A stretch of DNA of 64,000 nucleotides from positions 192,001 to 256,000 of the forward strand of contig JAYFMW010000028.1 in the NCBI GenBank assembly GCA_042408215.1, given 5' to 3'. The translations under genes were made by a program, and so were the position numbers. The notes under the pieces are model-generated. The model was not told where the DNA came from. It made no database searches and saw only the letters and a list, made by a program, of their open reading frames with translations. The stretch is from Microcoleus sp. GTDB taxonomy: Bacteria; Cyanobacteriota; Cyanobacteriia; Cyanobacteriales; Microcoleaceae. Positions 1 through 8,744 of this stretch are shown in pieces (the first letter of the stretch is position 1; the number at the start of each line of letters is the position of its first letter).

Positions 1-1
1 A

Positions 2-445
2 CTACCGCAAAAACGCCCGGTGACTCTCCCAGAATTGATCGAGCAGTTGCAGCTCATGAAAGCAGCAATGGAGCAGACTGTCACCCCCCGGCGTCGCCAA
101 CCCTCAAAAATGCGCTCCCAAGCGGCGCAGGCTATATTTGAGCTGGCTCACCAAGAAAATCTGGTGGAAACTGCTAGTGAACTAGAACGGTTTCTGGCCG
201 AACGCGGCCCGGAAATTGACGAGGGTTGGCTCGACTTGGAGAAACTGCTGGAACTTTGGCCTCATCACGATTTGCACTCGCCTGTTGACTCAGAACTTCC
301 GGTATTGACGGAGGAAGCACACTTGCCAAATCATGACCGCGTGGGCATTTTTTGGGCGCTGTTGCTGCTGTCGGCTCAGTCTAAAGTAGAGTTGGTTCAA
401 GAGGAGTTTTACCGAGACCTCAAAATCCGGGCGCTCTCCAGTTAA
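2..445 (+). CDS. scpA: Segregation/condensation protein A, C-terminal part (gene starts before the window)
   Basis: VTLPELIEQL and C-terminal DRVGIFWALLLLSAQSKVELVQEEFY resemble cyanobacterial ScpA; frame is open to the window edge. Confidence 0.8.
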   Translation, partial: LPQKRPVTLPELIEQLQLMKAAMEQTVTPRRRQPSKMRSQAAQAIFELAHQENLVETASELERFLAERGPEIDEGWLDLEKLLELWPHHDLHSPVDSELPVLTEEAHLPNHDRVGIFWALLLLSAQSKVELVQEEFYRDLKIRALSS

Positions 446-703
446 ATGGGAATCAAGGTTCTTGGGCCGAAACTAATAACTATGTGGCTGCGTCGGTTAA
501 TATTCCAGACAGTCGGTCCAGCGCTAACTTATTCCTGATTCCTGATTGCTTAAATCCAGCTTCATCTGGAATAAATGATTGATAGCCTGGTACGCTGTCG
601 CCTAGAAACAGGTCAGGATTTTGCTGCGATCGATTGATGCGATCGCAACCGCTAGGATCAAATTGTTGAGTTGATATCAATAACAGAGGGTTGAGGAAGT
701 TAA

Positions 704-1867
704 ATGAAAGCGATGATTCTGGCGGCCGGTAAAGGCACTCGCGTCCGTCCCATTACTCACACAACGCCCAAACCGATGATTCCCATTCTGCAAAAGCCAG
801 TGATGGAGTTTTTGGTTGAATTGCTCCGCCAGCACGGCTTTGACCAGATTATGGTAAATGTTTCTCACCTGGCTGACGTGATTGAAAATTACTTCCGTGA
901 CGGTCAAAAGTTTGGGGTACAAATTGCCTATTCTTTTGAAGGGCGGATTGAGGAGGGCAAAATGATTGGAGAGGCCCTCGGTTCGGCTGGCGGCATGAAG
1001 CGGATTCAGGACTTCTCGCCGTTTTTTGACGATACTTTTGTGGTGCTGTGCGGGGACGCTTTAATTGACTTGGACTTGACTGCTGCTTTGAAGTGGCACC
1101 GGGAAAAAGGGGCGATCGCTACTATTGTTATGAAATCGGTTCACCGTCAAGAGGTTCCCAGTTACGGAGTTGTCGTCACTGACGATTCTGGCAAAGTTAA
1201 AGCATTCCAAGAAAAACCCTCCGTAGAGGAAGCTCTGAGTACCGATATCAACACTGGTATTTACATTTTTGAACCAGAAATATTCGATTATATTCCCTCT
1301 GATACACAGTACGATATCGGTTCGGAATTATTTCCCCACCTCGTAAAAATAGGCGCGCCTTTTTACGGGATTAGCATGGACTTTGAGTGGGTGGATATCG
1401 GCAAAGTTCCTGACTATTGGCGAGCTATTCAGAGCGTGCTGCTCGGACAAGTTAAAAATGTTTCTGTTCCGGGAATTGAAGTGCGCCCCGGCATTTACGC
1501 TGGTTTGAATGTAGCTGTGAACTGGGACAAAGTTGATATTACTGGCCCTGTTTACATTGGCGGGATGACTAGAATTGAGGATGGAGCAAAAATTATCGGC
1601 CCAACCATGATCGGTTCAAATTGTTGGGTGTGCCGCGGTGCAACTGTGGAAAATAGCGTGATTTTTGAATATTCCCGTTTGGGGCCAGAAGTGCGGTTGG
1701 TTGACAAACTGGTGTTCGGGCGCTATTGCGTTGATAAAACCGGGGCTGCGATCGATTTGCAAGCAGCGGCTCTCGATTGGTTGATTACTGACGCCCGCCA
1801 AGTTTTGCCGACTCAAGTTGGAGAAGAACGGCGGGCGATATCTGAAATTCTCGGTATTGCTGAATGA
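704..1867 (+). CDS. cugP: NDP-sugar pyrophosphorylase, CugP-type UDP-glucose pyrophosphorylase / mannose-1-P guanylyltransferase family
   Basis: MKAMILAAGKGTRVRP..PKP nucleotidyltransferase motif, FQEKP, C-terminal beta-helix; GAGG RBS upstream. Confidence 0.75.
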   Translation: MKAMILAAGKGTRVRPITHTTPKPMIPILQKPVMEFLVELLRQHGFDQIMVNVSHLADVIENYFRDGQKFGVQIAYSFEGRIEEGKMIGEALGSAGGMKRIQDFSPFFDDTFVVLCGDALIDLDLTAALKWHREKGAIATIVMKSVHRQEVPSYGVVVTDDSGKVKAFQEKPSVEEALSTDINTGIYIFEPEIFDYIPSDTQYDIGSELFPHLVKIGAPFYGISMDFEWVDIGKVPDYWRAIQSVLLGQVKNVSVPGIEVRPGIYAGLNVAVNWDKVDITGPVYIGGMTRIEDGAKIIGPTMIGSNCWVCRGATVENSVIFEYSRLGPEVRLVDKLVFGRYCVDKTGAAIDLQAAALDWLITDARQVLPTQVGEERRAISEILGIAE

Positions 1868-2122
1868 TTGGTAATCAGTAATTAGTTATTGGTTATTGGT
1901 TATTGTGAGTTACTACCAATTACCCATTACCCATTACCCATTACCCATTACCCATGCCCCATGCCCCATTACCCATTACCCATTACCCATTACCCATGAC
2001 TAATGACTAATGACTAATGACTAATGACTAATGACTAATGACTAATGACTAATGACTAATGACTAATGACTAATGACTAATGACTAATGACTAATGACTA
2101 ATGACTAATGACTAATGACTAA
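1868..2122. repeat. Heptameric STRR runs (ATTACCC/ATGCCCC, then about 18x TGACTAA) between convergent genes
   Basis: Directly visible tandem heptamers. Confidence 0.95.
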
Positions 2123-4132
2123 CTAGGACTGAAGATAAGTGTACTGACTGAGACTCCGCTCGTAATTTTGCAGCAAAAGTTGAGCCTCAGAAAGAGTAAT
2201 TTTATTTTGCTGCAACGCTTCCTCTGTCTGACGGCGGATGCTTTCAATCAAACTTTCTGCATCGTACTGTACATAGCTGAGGACTTCTTTCATCGTGTCA
2301 CCTTTCACAACGTGTTCGATCTGATAGCCAGAAGGCGTTAGCTGAATGTGAACTGCATTTGCATCGCCGAATAAGTTGTGAAGGTTGCCCATAATTTCTT
2401 GATAAGCACCTCCCAAAAATAGCGCCAAATAGTAAGGTTCTCCGGGTTTGAGACTGTGCAGTTCCAAAACAGACTTCACATCTCGCAAATCGATAAATTG
2501 GTCGATTTTGCCATCGCTATCGCAGGTGAGATCGGCTAAAGTTCCTCGCTGAGTCGGTTCTTCATCCAGTCGGTTAATTGGCATAATTGGGAACAATTGG
2601 TTAATAGCCCAACTGTCGGGTACTGACTGGAAAACGGATAAGTTGATGTAATAAATGGAAGCCATCACTTTTTCTAAGTCTTCCAAATCCTCCGATACAT
2701 ATTCTTTTTGCCGCGCGATAGTCTGTATTTTATCGCAGCAAGCCCAGTACAACTGTTCGGTTTTAGCCCGTTCCGCAATTCCCAAATAGCCTAAGTTAAA
2801 TAAACTGATTGCTTCTTCCTTAAATTGGATAGCATCGTGATAGACTTCTTGGTAATTTTCTGGAGTAATAGATTGGTAGATTTCGTAGAGATTACGAGGA
2901 ATTTGGTGGGCGTTTTCGTCTACCGGTTCTGGTACTTCTCGGAGCACCTCGCTCGTACCGAGTACATCAAAAACTAACACTGATTGATGAGAAGCGATCG
3001 CCCGCCCGCTTTCGCTAATTAAAATTGGTACTGGCAATTTTCGCTCGTCGCAAGCATCTTTCACTCCCGCTACTACGTCGTTAGCGTAGTTCTGCATATT
3101 ATAATTTTTGGAAGCGTGGAAGTTAGTTTTAGAACCGTCGTAGTCAACGCCGAGTCCGCCACCGACGTCCAAGTAGTTCATATTAGCTCCCAATTTAGCT
3201 AATTCTACATAAATGTGACTGGCTTCTCGAATGGCTTCTTTGATCACGCTAATTGAGGAAATTTGAGAGCCGATGTGGAAGTGCAATAGTTGCAAACAAT
3301 CTAGCATTCCAGCTTTTTGAAGTTCGTCAACAGCCCGGATAATTTCAGGAATAGTCAAGCCAAATTTTGCCCGATCGCCCGTTGAGCCTCCCCAGCGGCC
3401 AACACCTGTGGTGCTGAGTTTTGCCCGCACTCCCAAAATCGGTTTAATTCCTAATGCAATGCTCGCTGCGATCGCCAGTTGCACTTCCTCAATTTGCTCT
3501 AGCACAATTACTGAAGTTTGCCCTAGTCGCTGTGCTAAAATTGCCGTTTCTATATATTGGCGGTCTTTGTAACCGTTGCAAATTAACAAAGCACCGGGGG
3601 TTGTTAAAGTCGCCAAAGCGATCATTAATTCCGGCTTAGAGCCGGCTTCGAGCCCGAAGTGGTGAGGTTGACCAAAACGCACCAAGTCTTGAATTAATTG
3701 TCGGTGCTGGTTGCATTTGACTGGAAAGACACCGCGATAGACATTTTTGTAATTATAGCGGGCGATCGCTCTGGCAAAACAAGAATTTAACCGCTCGATC
3801 CTGTCTTCCAAAATATCAGAAAATCGAATCAGCAGCGGCAGTGCCAAATTTCGCTGTTTCAGGGATTCCACCAGTTCGCACAAGTCGAGGGAACCGCCGC
3901 GATCGCCCTTGGGAGAGACAGTAACATTACCGGCGGCATTGATCGAGAAATACGGTTCGCCCCAACCTTGAATTCGGTACAGTTTCTCGCTATCTTCGAT
4001 CGTCCAAGATTTTTGTGGCAGTTGGGCAACAGTGGCTTCATCAGTTTCTGGTGTGGCTAAACTTGTGACTGTTGGTGGTTGAGTCGATAGCAGATCGAGA
4101 TCGGAGCTCGCAGCAGTGGTTGGGGAATTCAT
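2123..4132 (-). CDS. speA: Biosynthetic arginine decarboxylase
   Basis: FPVKCNQ PLP lysine, EAGSKPEL, HFHIGSQI, DVGGGLGVDYDG, DLTCDSDG. Confidence 0.97.
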   Translation of the reverse strand: MNSPTTAASSDLDLLSTQPPTVTSLATPETDEATVAQLPQKSWTIEDSEKLYRIQGWGEPYFSINAAGNVTVSPKGDRGGSLDLCELVESLKQRNLALPLLIRFSDILEDRIERLNSCFARAIARYNYKNVYRGVFPVKCNQHRQLIQDLVRFGQPHHFGLEAGSKPELMIALATLTTPGALLICNGYKDRQYIETAILAQRLGQTSVIVLEQIEEVQLAIAASIALGIKPILGVRAKLSTTGVGRWGGSTGDRAKFGLTIPEIIRAVDELQKAGMLDCLQLLHFHIGSQISSISVIKEAIREASHIYVELAKLGANMNYLDVGGGLGVDYDGSKTNFHASKNYNMQNYANDVVAGVKDACDERKLPVPILISESGRAIASHQSVLVFDVLGTSEVLREVPEPVDENAHQIPRNLYEIYQSITPENYQEVYHDAIQFKEEAISLFNLGYLGIAERAKTEQLYWACCDKIQTIARQKEYVSEDLEDLEKVMASIYYINLSVFQSVPDSWAINQLFPIMPINRLDEEPTQRGTLADLTCDSDGKIDQFIDLRDVKSVLELHSLKPGEPYYLALFLGGAYQEIMGNLHNLFGDANAVHIQLTPSGYQIEHVVKGDTMKEVLSYVQYDAESLIESIRRQTEEALQQNKITLSEAQLLLQNYERSLSQYTYLQS

Positions 4133-4151
4133 AAAAACCTCACGGAAGTTT

Positions 4152-4210
4152 GGAAACCCAGCGGCTTGAGCCTAGGGAGGAAAAGCGACACGGGATGCTT
4201 TAGCATCCCT
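4152..4210. mobile_element. Probable orphan IS200/IS605-type end fragment
   Basis: GAAACCCAGCGGCTTGAGCCTAGGGAGG imperfect hairpin followed by GGGATGCT-TT-AGCATCCC hairpin. Confidence 0.4.
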
Positions 4211-4230
4211 TGAATATTCTTAAAATCCAT

Positions 4231-4605
4231 CAGAAAATTGGGCGGAGCGAAGCGCAGGGTTGAAACCCCGTCCTAAAAGGACGGCTTTGTTTGATTCGAT
4301 AAATTAGTTGCCTACCTCTTGCGAGGTGGAGGGGTATGGTTGCCCCTCCCTTGGAGATATGGTTGTCTCCATTTTTTCCCTTTCGGGTAATGTTCGCTTC
4401 GCCAATGTTATAAGAGCTTTTTACGCTGAAAGCACTGTTCCAGTGACCTTAGAACTGTTTAACTAGCAGCGACAGAGCAAGGGACTAGCGTCGCATCCCA
4501 GGGTGTCTTGACTCAAATAACGTAGTCAGCTAAGACTTAGGCTGGTCAGAATGGCTTGTTTGATTACTCTTGCAAGCCCCGTCCCTTAAGGGCGGGGTTC
4601 CTGAC
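4231..4605 (-). mobile_element. Non-autonomous IS200/IS605 (IscB-type) element carrying only an omegaRNA
   Basis: End hairpin CCCCGCCC-TTAA-GGGACGGGG with terminal GTCA at 4605; the other end CCGTCC-TAAAA-GGACGG closely resembles the tnpB element left end at 50768-50808; no ORF inside. Confidence 0.8.
4375..4605 (-). ncRNA. HEARO RNA / IscB omegaRNA scaffold
   Basis: Minus strand reads GTCAGGAACCCC..GACCAGCCTAAGTC..ACTACGTT..GACACC..GGATGC..GCTAGTCC..CTCTGTCG..GTTAAACAG..AACATTGGCGAAGCGAACATTACCCGAAAGG, the block order recognised as HEARO/omegaRNA; 3' boundary approximate. Confidence 0.85.
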
Positions 4606-4787
4606 CTTGTCGGAAACCTCAAAATGACTGGTCGAATAGATAGTTTATCAAAAATTTGGGTTTCCTGATGTACTTGAAAATGCACTTGTTCTTTATAGGG
4701 CGATCAAGTAGGGGCGATCGAGCTGTGAGAAGTTCGATCGCCCGCGATAATTCATCCCCTTGGAAAAGTGAAAGTATCAAAAAAAGG

Positions 4788-6230
4788 CTAACCGAAAATC
4801 TCTTCCGGCGGCGCCATGTCAGCCCCCATAACCATTCCCCCATGACTGATAGACTTCTTCAAACCCGGTTTAGGCGCTGTTTCTTGGCGTTTCTGAGCCG
4901 GCGCAACAGACGGCGGTTTCACCTGGGTTTGGGGTACCGCCTGAGCCCCCGGCACAACGGGTTGCTGCGACAGCCAAGCCAAACCCCCCACCGCCCCAGC
5001 CATCAAAGCTGTGTAGCCCAGGTACAAATGCACCGGATGCATTTGAAACCCGTCCGTTGACGAGGAGTCGGAAACAGACAAATACGGGTTCACAATTTGA
5101 CTCGGCTCTGGCTTGGGTAAAGCATCCGCCATAGCATGGCCGTCTAGTCCTAAAGCGTCCCCGATCCGGCGGATAAAACCTCTCAGGTAAATATCTTGGG
5201 GCAATTTCTCGATTTCCCCATTTTCGATCGATTCGAGGTGGTGTAGCGGCACCAGAGTTTGATCGTGGAGTTGCTGGAGAGATAAGCAGCGAATTTGCCG
5301 TCCCTGGCGCAATTCTCTCCCCAACTCGCACAAGCAATCTTTCCGCTGTTGAACGGAAGGAGCTGCTGTCTCTTCAGGAGTGTTTTTCTGCCTCTTGGCG
5401 CTTCGACTTGGCTCAGCGACCCTATGACTTGGCTCAGCGACCCTATGACTTGGCTCAGCGACCCTATGACTTGGCTCAGCGACCCTATGACTTGGCTCTG
5501 TTACCCTATGACTTGGCTCAGCGACCCTATGACTTGGCTCAGCGACCCTATGACTTGGCTCAGCGACCCTATGACTTGGCTCAGCGACCCTATGACTTGG
5601 CTCTGTTACCCTATGACTTGGCTCTGTTACCCTATGACTTGGCTCTGTTACCGTATGACTTGGCTCTGTTACCGTATAGCCGAAGGAGCTTCCGGGAGCG
5701 ACTACAGCCAGGGGTGTAGCCAACGGACGCAGTGCCGGTGTCCCTACGGTTTCGTCTGTGGGCGGTTGTTTGCTTTTTTCTGAGGTGTCAGTATCTCGAT
5801 CGCGGTATGTTGTCAAAGAGTCAGTGTCAGATTTTATTTCCGGGGGCGATTCCAAAGTAGCGCTCTTGCGATCGAAGACAGCAGCAGGTAGAGGCGGTTG
5901 CAATTCTGTAACAGCCACGGCGGCGGGAATTCCCGCAGCGAAACTCTCTTTCGAGCATTGGAGTTCAGTTTTATTTTGTTTAGGAAGCCGCTGAAATGCC
6001 AGCTTGACTGCTTCTCTGCTAACAGCCCTAATTAAAATTTCCGCAGCCGAAGCAGCTTCGCCCAACATGGTTTGCAAGCTAGCTAGAGCGTGGCTGTAAG
6101 TGTCGCTACAGAGGAGTTCAGCTTCTATTTGACTGAGGACAGAGCGAAAACTTTCTTCAGAAAATTCAATAGTTCTATGATCTGTCACCCCAGTTGTTAC
6201 CAGAAGAGAGGCATCGGGTTTCAGTGCCAT
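4788..6230 (-). CDS. RodZ-like HTH (HTH_25) protein with a C-terminal TM segment and an internal 7-aa repeat
   Basis: LGRELRQGRQIRCLSLQQL..LESIENG..LPQDIYLRGFIRRIGDALGLDG, then a hydrophobic helix; start moved to ATG 6230 because the upstream extension is repeat-derived. Confidence 0.75.
   Translation of the reverse strand: MALKPDASLLVTTGVTDHRTIEFSEESFRSVLSQIEAELLCSDTYSHALASLQTMLGEAASAAEILIRAVSREAVKLAFQRLPKQNKTELQCSKESFAAGIPAAVAVTELQPPLPAAVFDRKSATLESPPEIKSDTDSLTTYRDRDTDTSEKSKQPPTDETVGTPALRPLATPLAVVAPGSSFGYTVTEPSHTVTEPSHRVTEPSHRVTEPSHRVAEPSHRVAEPSHRVAEPSHRVAEPSHRVTEPSHRVAEPSHRVAEPSHRVAEPSHRVAEPSRSAKRQKNTPEETAAPSVQQRKDCLCELGRELRQGRQIRCLSLQQLHDQTLVPLHHLESIENGEIEKLPQDIYLRGFIRRIGDALGLDGHAMADALPKPEPSQIVNPYLSVSDSSSTDGFQMHPVHLYLGYTALMAGAVGGLAWLSQQPVVPGAQAVPQTQVKPPSVAPAQKRQETAPKPGLKKSISHGGMVMGADMAPPEEIFG
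5405..5677. repeat. In-frame 21-bp tandem repeat x13 encoding V[A/T]EPSH[R/T]
   Basis: GACTTGGCTCAGCGACCCTAT and GACTTGGCTCTGTTACCCTAT units. Confidence 0.97.
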
Positions 6231-6307
6231 GATATTTATGTAGTCATTGCTAGAAGTTATCTGAGTACGTTCTTCGACAGGTTGACACTGAATCAGGATG
6301 TCGGAAT

Positions 6308-6548
6308 TGGGCCGAAAAGCATGGGGCCGAAAAGCATGGGGCATTGGGCCTTGGGCCTTGGGCCGAAAAGCATGGGGCCTGGGGCCTGGGGCCAAAAGGG
6401 CACTTGTACGCGAGCGTTGCCGAAGTATAGGGTCGAAAGGGCATGGGGCATTAATCTGCTTACTGACTAATAACTACTGACTAATGACTTCTTCCCTATG
6501 CCCAATGCCCTATGCCCAATGCCCTATGCCCTATGCCCCATGCCCTAT
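6308..6548. repeat. STRR-like runs (GGGCCGAAAAGCATG, GGGCCTT, TGACTAA, CCCTATG/CCCAATG)
   Basis: Directly visible. Confidence 0.85.
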
Positions 6549-6557
6549 TCCTTCTGA

Positions 6558-7148
6558 TTACTGTTTGTGTATGCGATCGAGCAACCAAAGAGAACCGACA
6601 ATCCCAACAAAGTGGGCAAAAGTAGCGTGAATGTTGGCCAGCACTACAAATATATCGAGGGGCTGAATGAATCGGCTGAAATCGACTGCTGCGCCGAACA
6701 AAACTTGCGGCTGAGATATAGATTTTACGAACAGCGTACCGCCGATCGCTTCTGCTCCGATCAGCGTCAGCAGCATTCCCGACAAATTGCTGATCAGTGC
6801 AAACCGCACTTCTTGAATGGTGTCTGCCTTTTTCGGGCGGACACCGGTGGCGGGCGATCGTAATTCTCTAGACAAGCGAGTAAAGCGAAAAGCCCGATAG
6901 GCGCTGTAGCCCAGGGCTAACAGCCCGCACACAGCAAAAAATACACCACCCCCCGTTCCAGCACTTGTCTGCCTCGTACCAGGGGCCCCACTCGACAGAG
7001 CAGACGGGATCGCCAGCAGCAAAATTAGCCCCGCCACCACGGCTAAGACTAACTGCACCCAGAAGCAAACCCAGCCTGCGGTCCGCAGGGCAAAGGCAAC
7101 TCGCTGTGCGGCTAGGGGAAGCCGATCGTTATCTAACTGATTTGTCAT
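6558..7148 (-). CDS. DUF3611-family membrane protein
   Basis: GWVCFWVQLVLAVV, RPKKADT and IQPLDIFVVLAN motifs. Confidence 0.8.
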   Translation of the reverse strand: MTNQLDNDRLPLAAQRVAFALRTAGWVCFWVQLVLAVVAGLILLLAIPSALSSGAPGTRQTSAGTGGGVFFAVCGLLALGYSAYRAFRFTRLSRELRSPATGVRPKKADTIQEVRFALISNLSGMLLTLIGAEAIGGTLFVKSISQPQVLFGAAVDFSRFIQPLDIFVVLANIHATFAHFVGIVGSLWLLDRIHKQ

Positions 7149-7331
7149 ATTGTGAGAGAGTTTAACTGGTTGGGTTGAGTTGGGAGCAGTTTTTTTGGGT
7201 TTTTATTTTTTTAAGTAGGGACGGTTGACGGCGGGTTAACCCTCTTTACAATAAAAGAAGAAATGTTTAAGAATTGTAACTAAGATTCGATTTCACATTT
7301 GAATAGCAGCGATCGCTAGATACCCAAAGCA

Positions 7332-7502
7332 ATGACACAACTACAACCCACCACCAATCCCAAGCTGTCACAGCCCAAGTTTGGCTTCAACAACTACGCG
7401 GAACGCCTCAACGGTAGAGCCGCGATGATCGGTTTTGTCCTAACTTTGATCGTCGAGTATGCCACAGGGCAGGGGTTACTCTCCTGGTTAGGGCTCAACT
7501 AA
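7332..7502 (+). CDS. hli: High-light-inducible protein (Hlip/Scp), 56 aa; missing from the ORF track
   Basis: Hand translation MTQLQPTTNPKLSQPKFGFNNYAERLNGRAAMIGFVLTLIVEYATGQGLLSWLGLN contains the ExxNGRxAMIG chlorophyll-binding motif. Confidence 0.95.
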   Translation: MTQLQPTTNPKLSQPKFGFNNYAERLNGRAAMIGFVLTLIVEYATGQGLLSWLGLN

Positions 7503-7654
7503 TTTTAGCGTGCGGTCAGCCTCACACTCTGTTTGAAAAAGGCAAAAATGGGTGTGAGTTCTCCTGACCGTGACAAGTTCTGGAATTTATGAGAATATAT
7601 ATAAAGGCCAGAGTGAGAGCGATCGGGTATGTATAGTAAAACTTCATTAAGATT

Positions 7655-7910
7655 GTAAGCATCAATAGACAATGGTAGTATCATATAGTCAGAAGTGTCG
7701 ATTGATTAACGCCGATGTTAACGGGTCTTACCATATTTTGAGAAAAGCAATCCCAAATGCGTTTAGCGATGGGATAGAGAGCTGCGTAGTTCAGCCGAGG
7801 CGGGTTAATCCGCTCGAAGTGAAAGCGAAAGGGGAGGGACTTCATGCCTCCCACGGCACTGTAATAAATGACTATACTTTTACCAGCTATAGGGTAAAAA
7901 ATTGATTTGA
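7655..7910 (+). pseudogene. tnpB: 3' remnant of an IS200/IS605-family tnpB (internally deleted element)
   Basis: LINADVNGSYHILRKAIPNAF..GIE..VVQPRRV is a TnpB RuvC-III C-terminus; the rest of the gene is absent; boundaries approximate. Confidence 0.8.
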
Positions 7911-8062
7911 CGAGGTTGGCAATTTTGCCGGTCGAGCGTACAATTCCCCACAGGCGAGAATATTAATTTAGGTTAAGCTAGTGTTTGAGCTAGAAATCCC
8001 GAATGTTCAGCCAACTCTAAGTTTTAGAGATTGTGGATAAATATAGAAAAGAGTAAACAGCA

Positions 8063-8356
8063 ATGAATGCTTCATGGACGCGACTTTTGAGGTCTGCTTA
8101 CCGTAGAGATCCTATTACCAGCTTTGTTGTAACAGTGGGCGTTGTCGATGCAGCGATCGGCAGTATCGGTGCCAGTGGCTCTTTATTGGCTTTTGGGCTG
8201 GGTACTGCTGGGGTGGCGATCGCTCTGAGGTGGTGGCAGATTTACCGCTCTCAATCCGAACAACCGGCGCCAGCTCCAGAATACTATCTCCCTCCTCACT
8301 CTTCTCGACCTCAGTTGCCCGTACTCAACCTGTCTAAGAAAAATCCTCCCTATTAA
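8063..8356 (+). CDS. Small hypothetical membrane protein
   Basis: 97-aa ORF, two hydrophobic segments, Pro-rich tail. Confidence 0.75.
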   Translation: MNASWTRLLRSAYRRDPITSFVVTVGVVDAAIGSIGASGSLLAFGLGTAGVAIALRWWQIYRSQSEQPAPAPEYYLPPHSSRPQLPVLNLSKKNPPY

Positions 8357-8744
8357 GGGTACTGGGCAATGGCAACTGGGTGAGGCAAATATAGATGTTA
8401 TAGGTGTTATCAAAGAGGAAGGGAAGGAAATTAACATTTCCTTCCCTTGATTGTTTTGTCGATCGCGAAGTCGATCGCGAAGTCGATCGTTTTGGGCTTT
8501 TAGCTGTTTTCGCAGAGTTTGCTGTTGCTTTTTGAGCTGTCGAGATCTGGCTGAGCCACCTTTACCAAAGTAGTAGAGATTTAATTTTTTTTTACAGCAA
8601 TGCAGTTGTCGCCAGAAATTTGTTGCTGAAATATGATGCCATCTGGCTGTTGCTGAAGCCAATTAATTTGTTTGTGAATAGCTTCTCAATTGCTAGCTTG
8701 CTAATTGTTGCGATAATTAGTCATTTCTCAAATGTCAAATCGAA

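Noticed and set aside
5295..5783. Plus-strand repetitive ORFs (LSDPMTW / AQRPYDL repeats)
   Set aside because: Antisense shadows of the 21-bp coding repeat
7243..7280. HLR1 (RpaB) site upstream of hli
   Set aside because: TTTACAAT and GTTACAAT half-sites exist, but spacing and the second half do not fit the direct-repeat consensus well
8183..8724. Minus-strand 159-aa ORF or decayed gene
   Set aside because: Overlaps a better plus-strand gene and has no recognisable motif; may be a pseudogene but cannot be assigned
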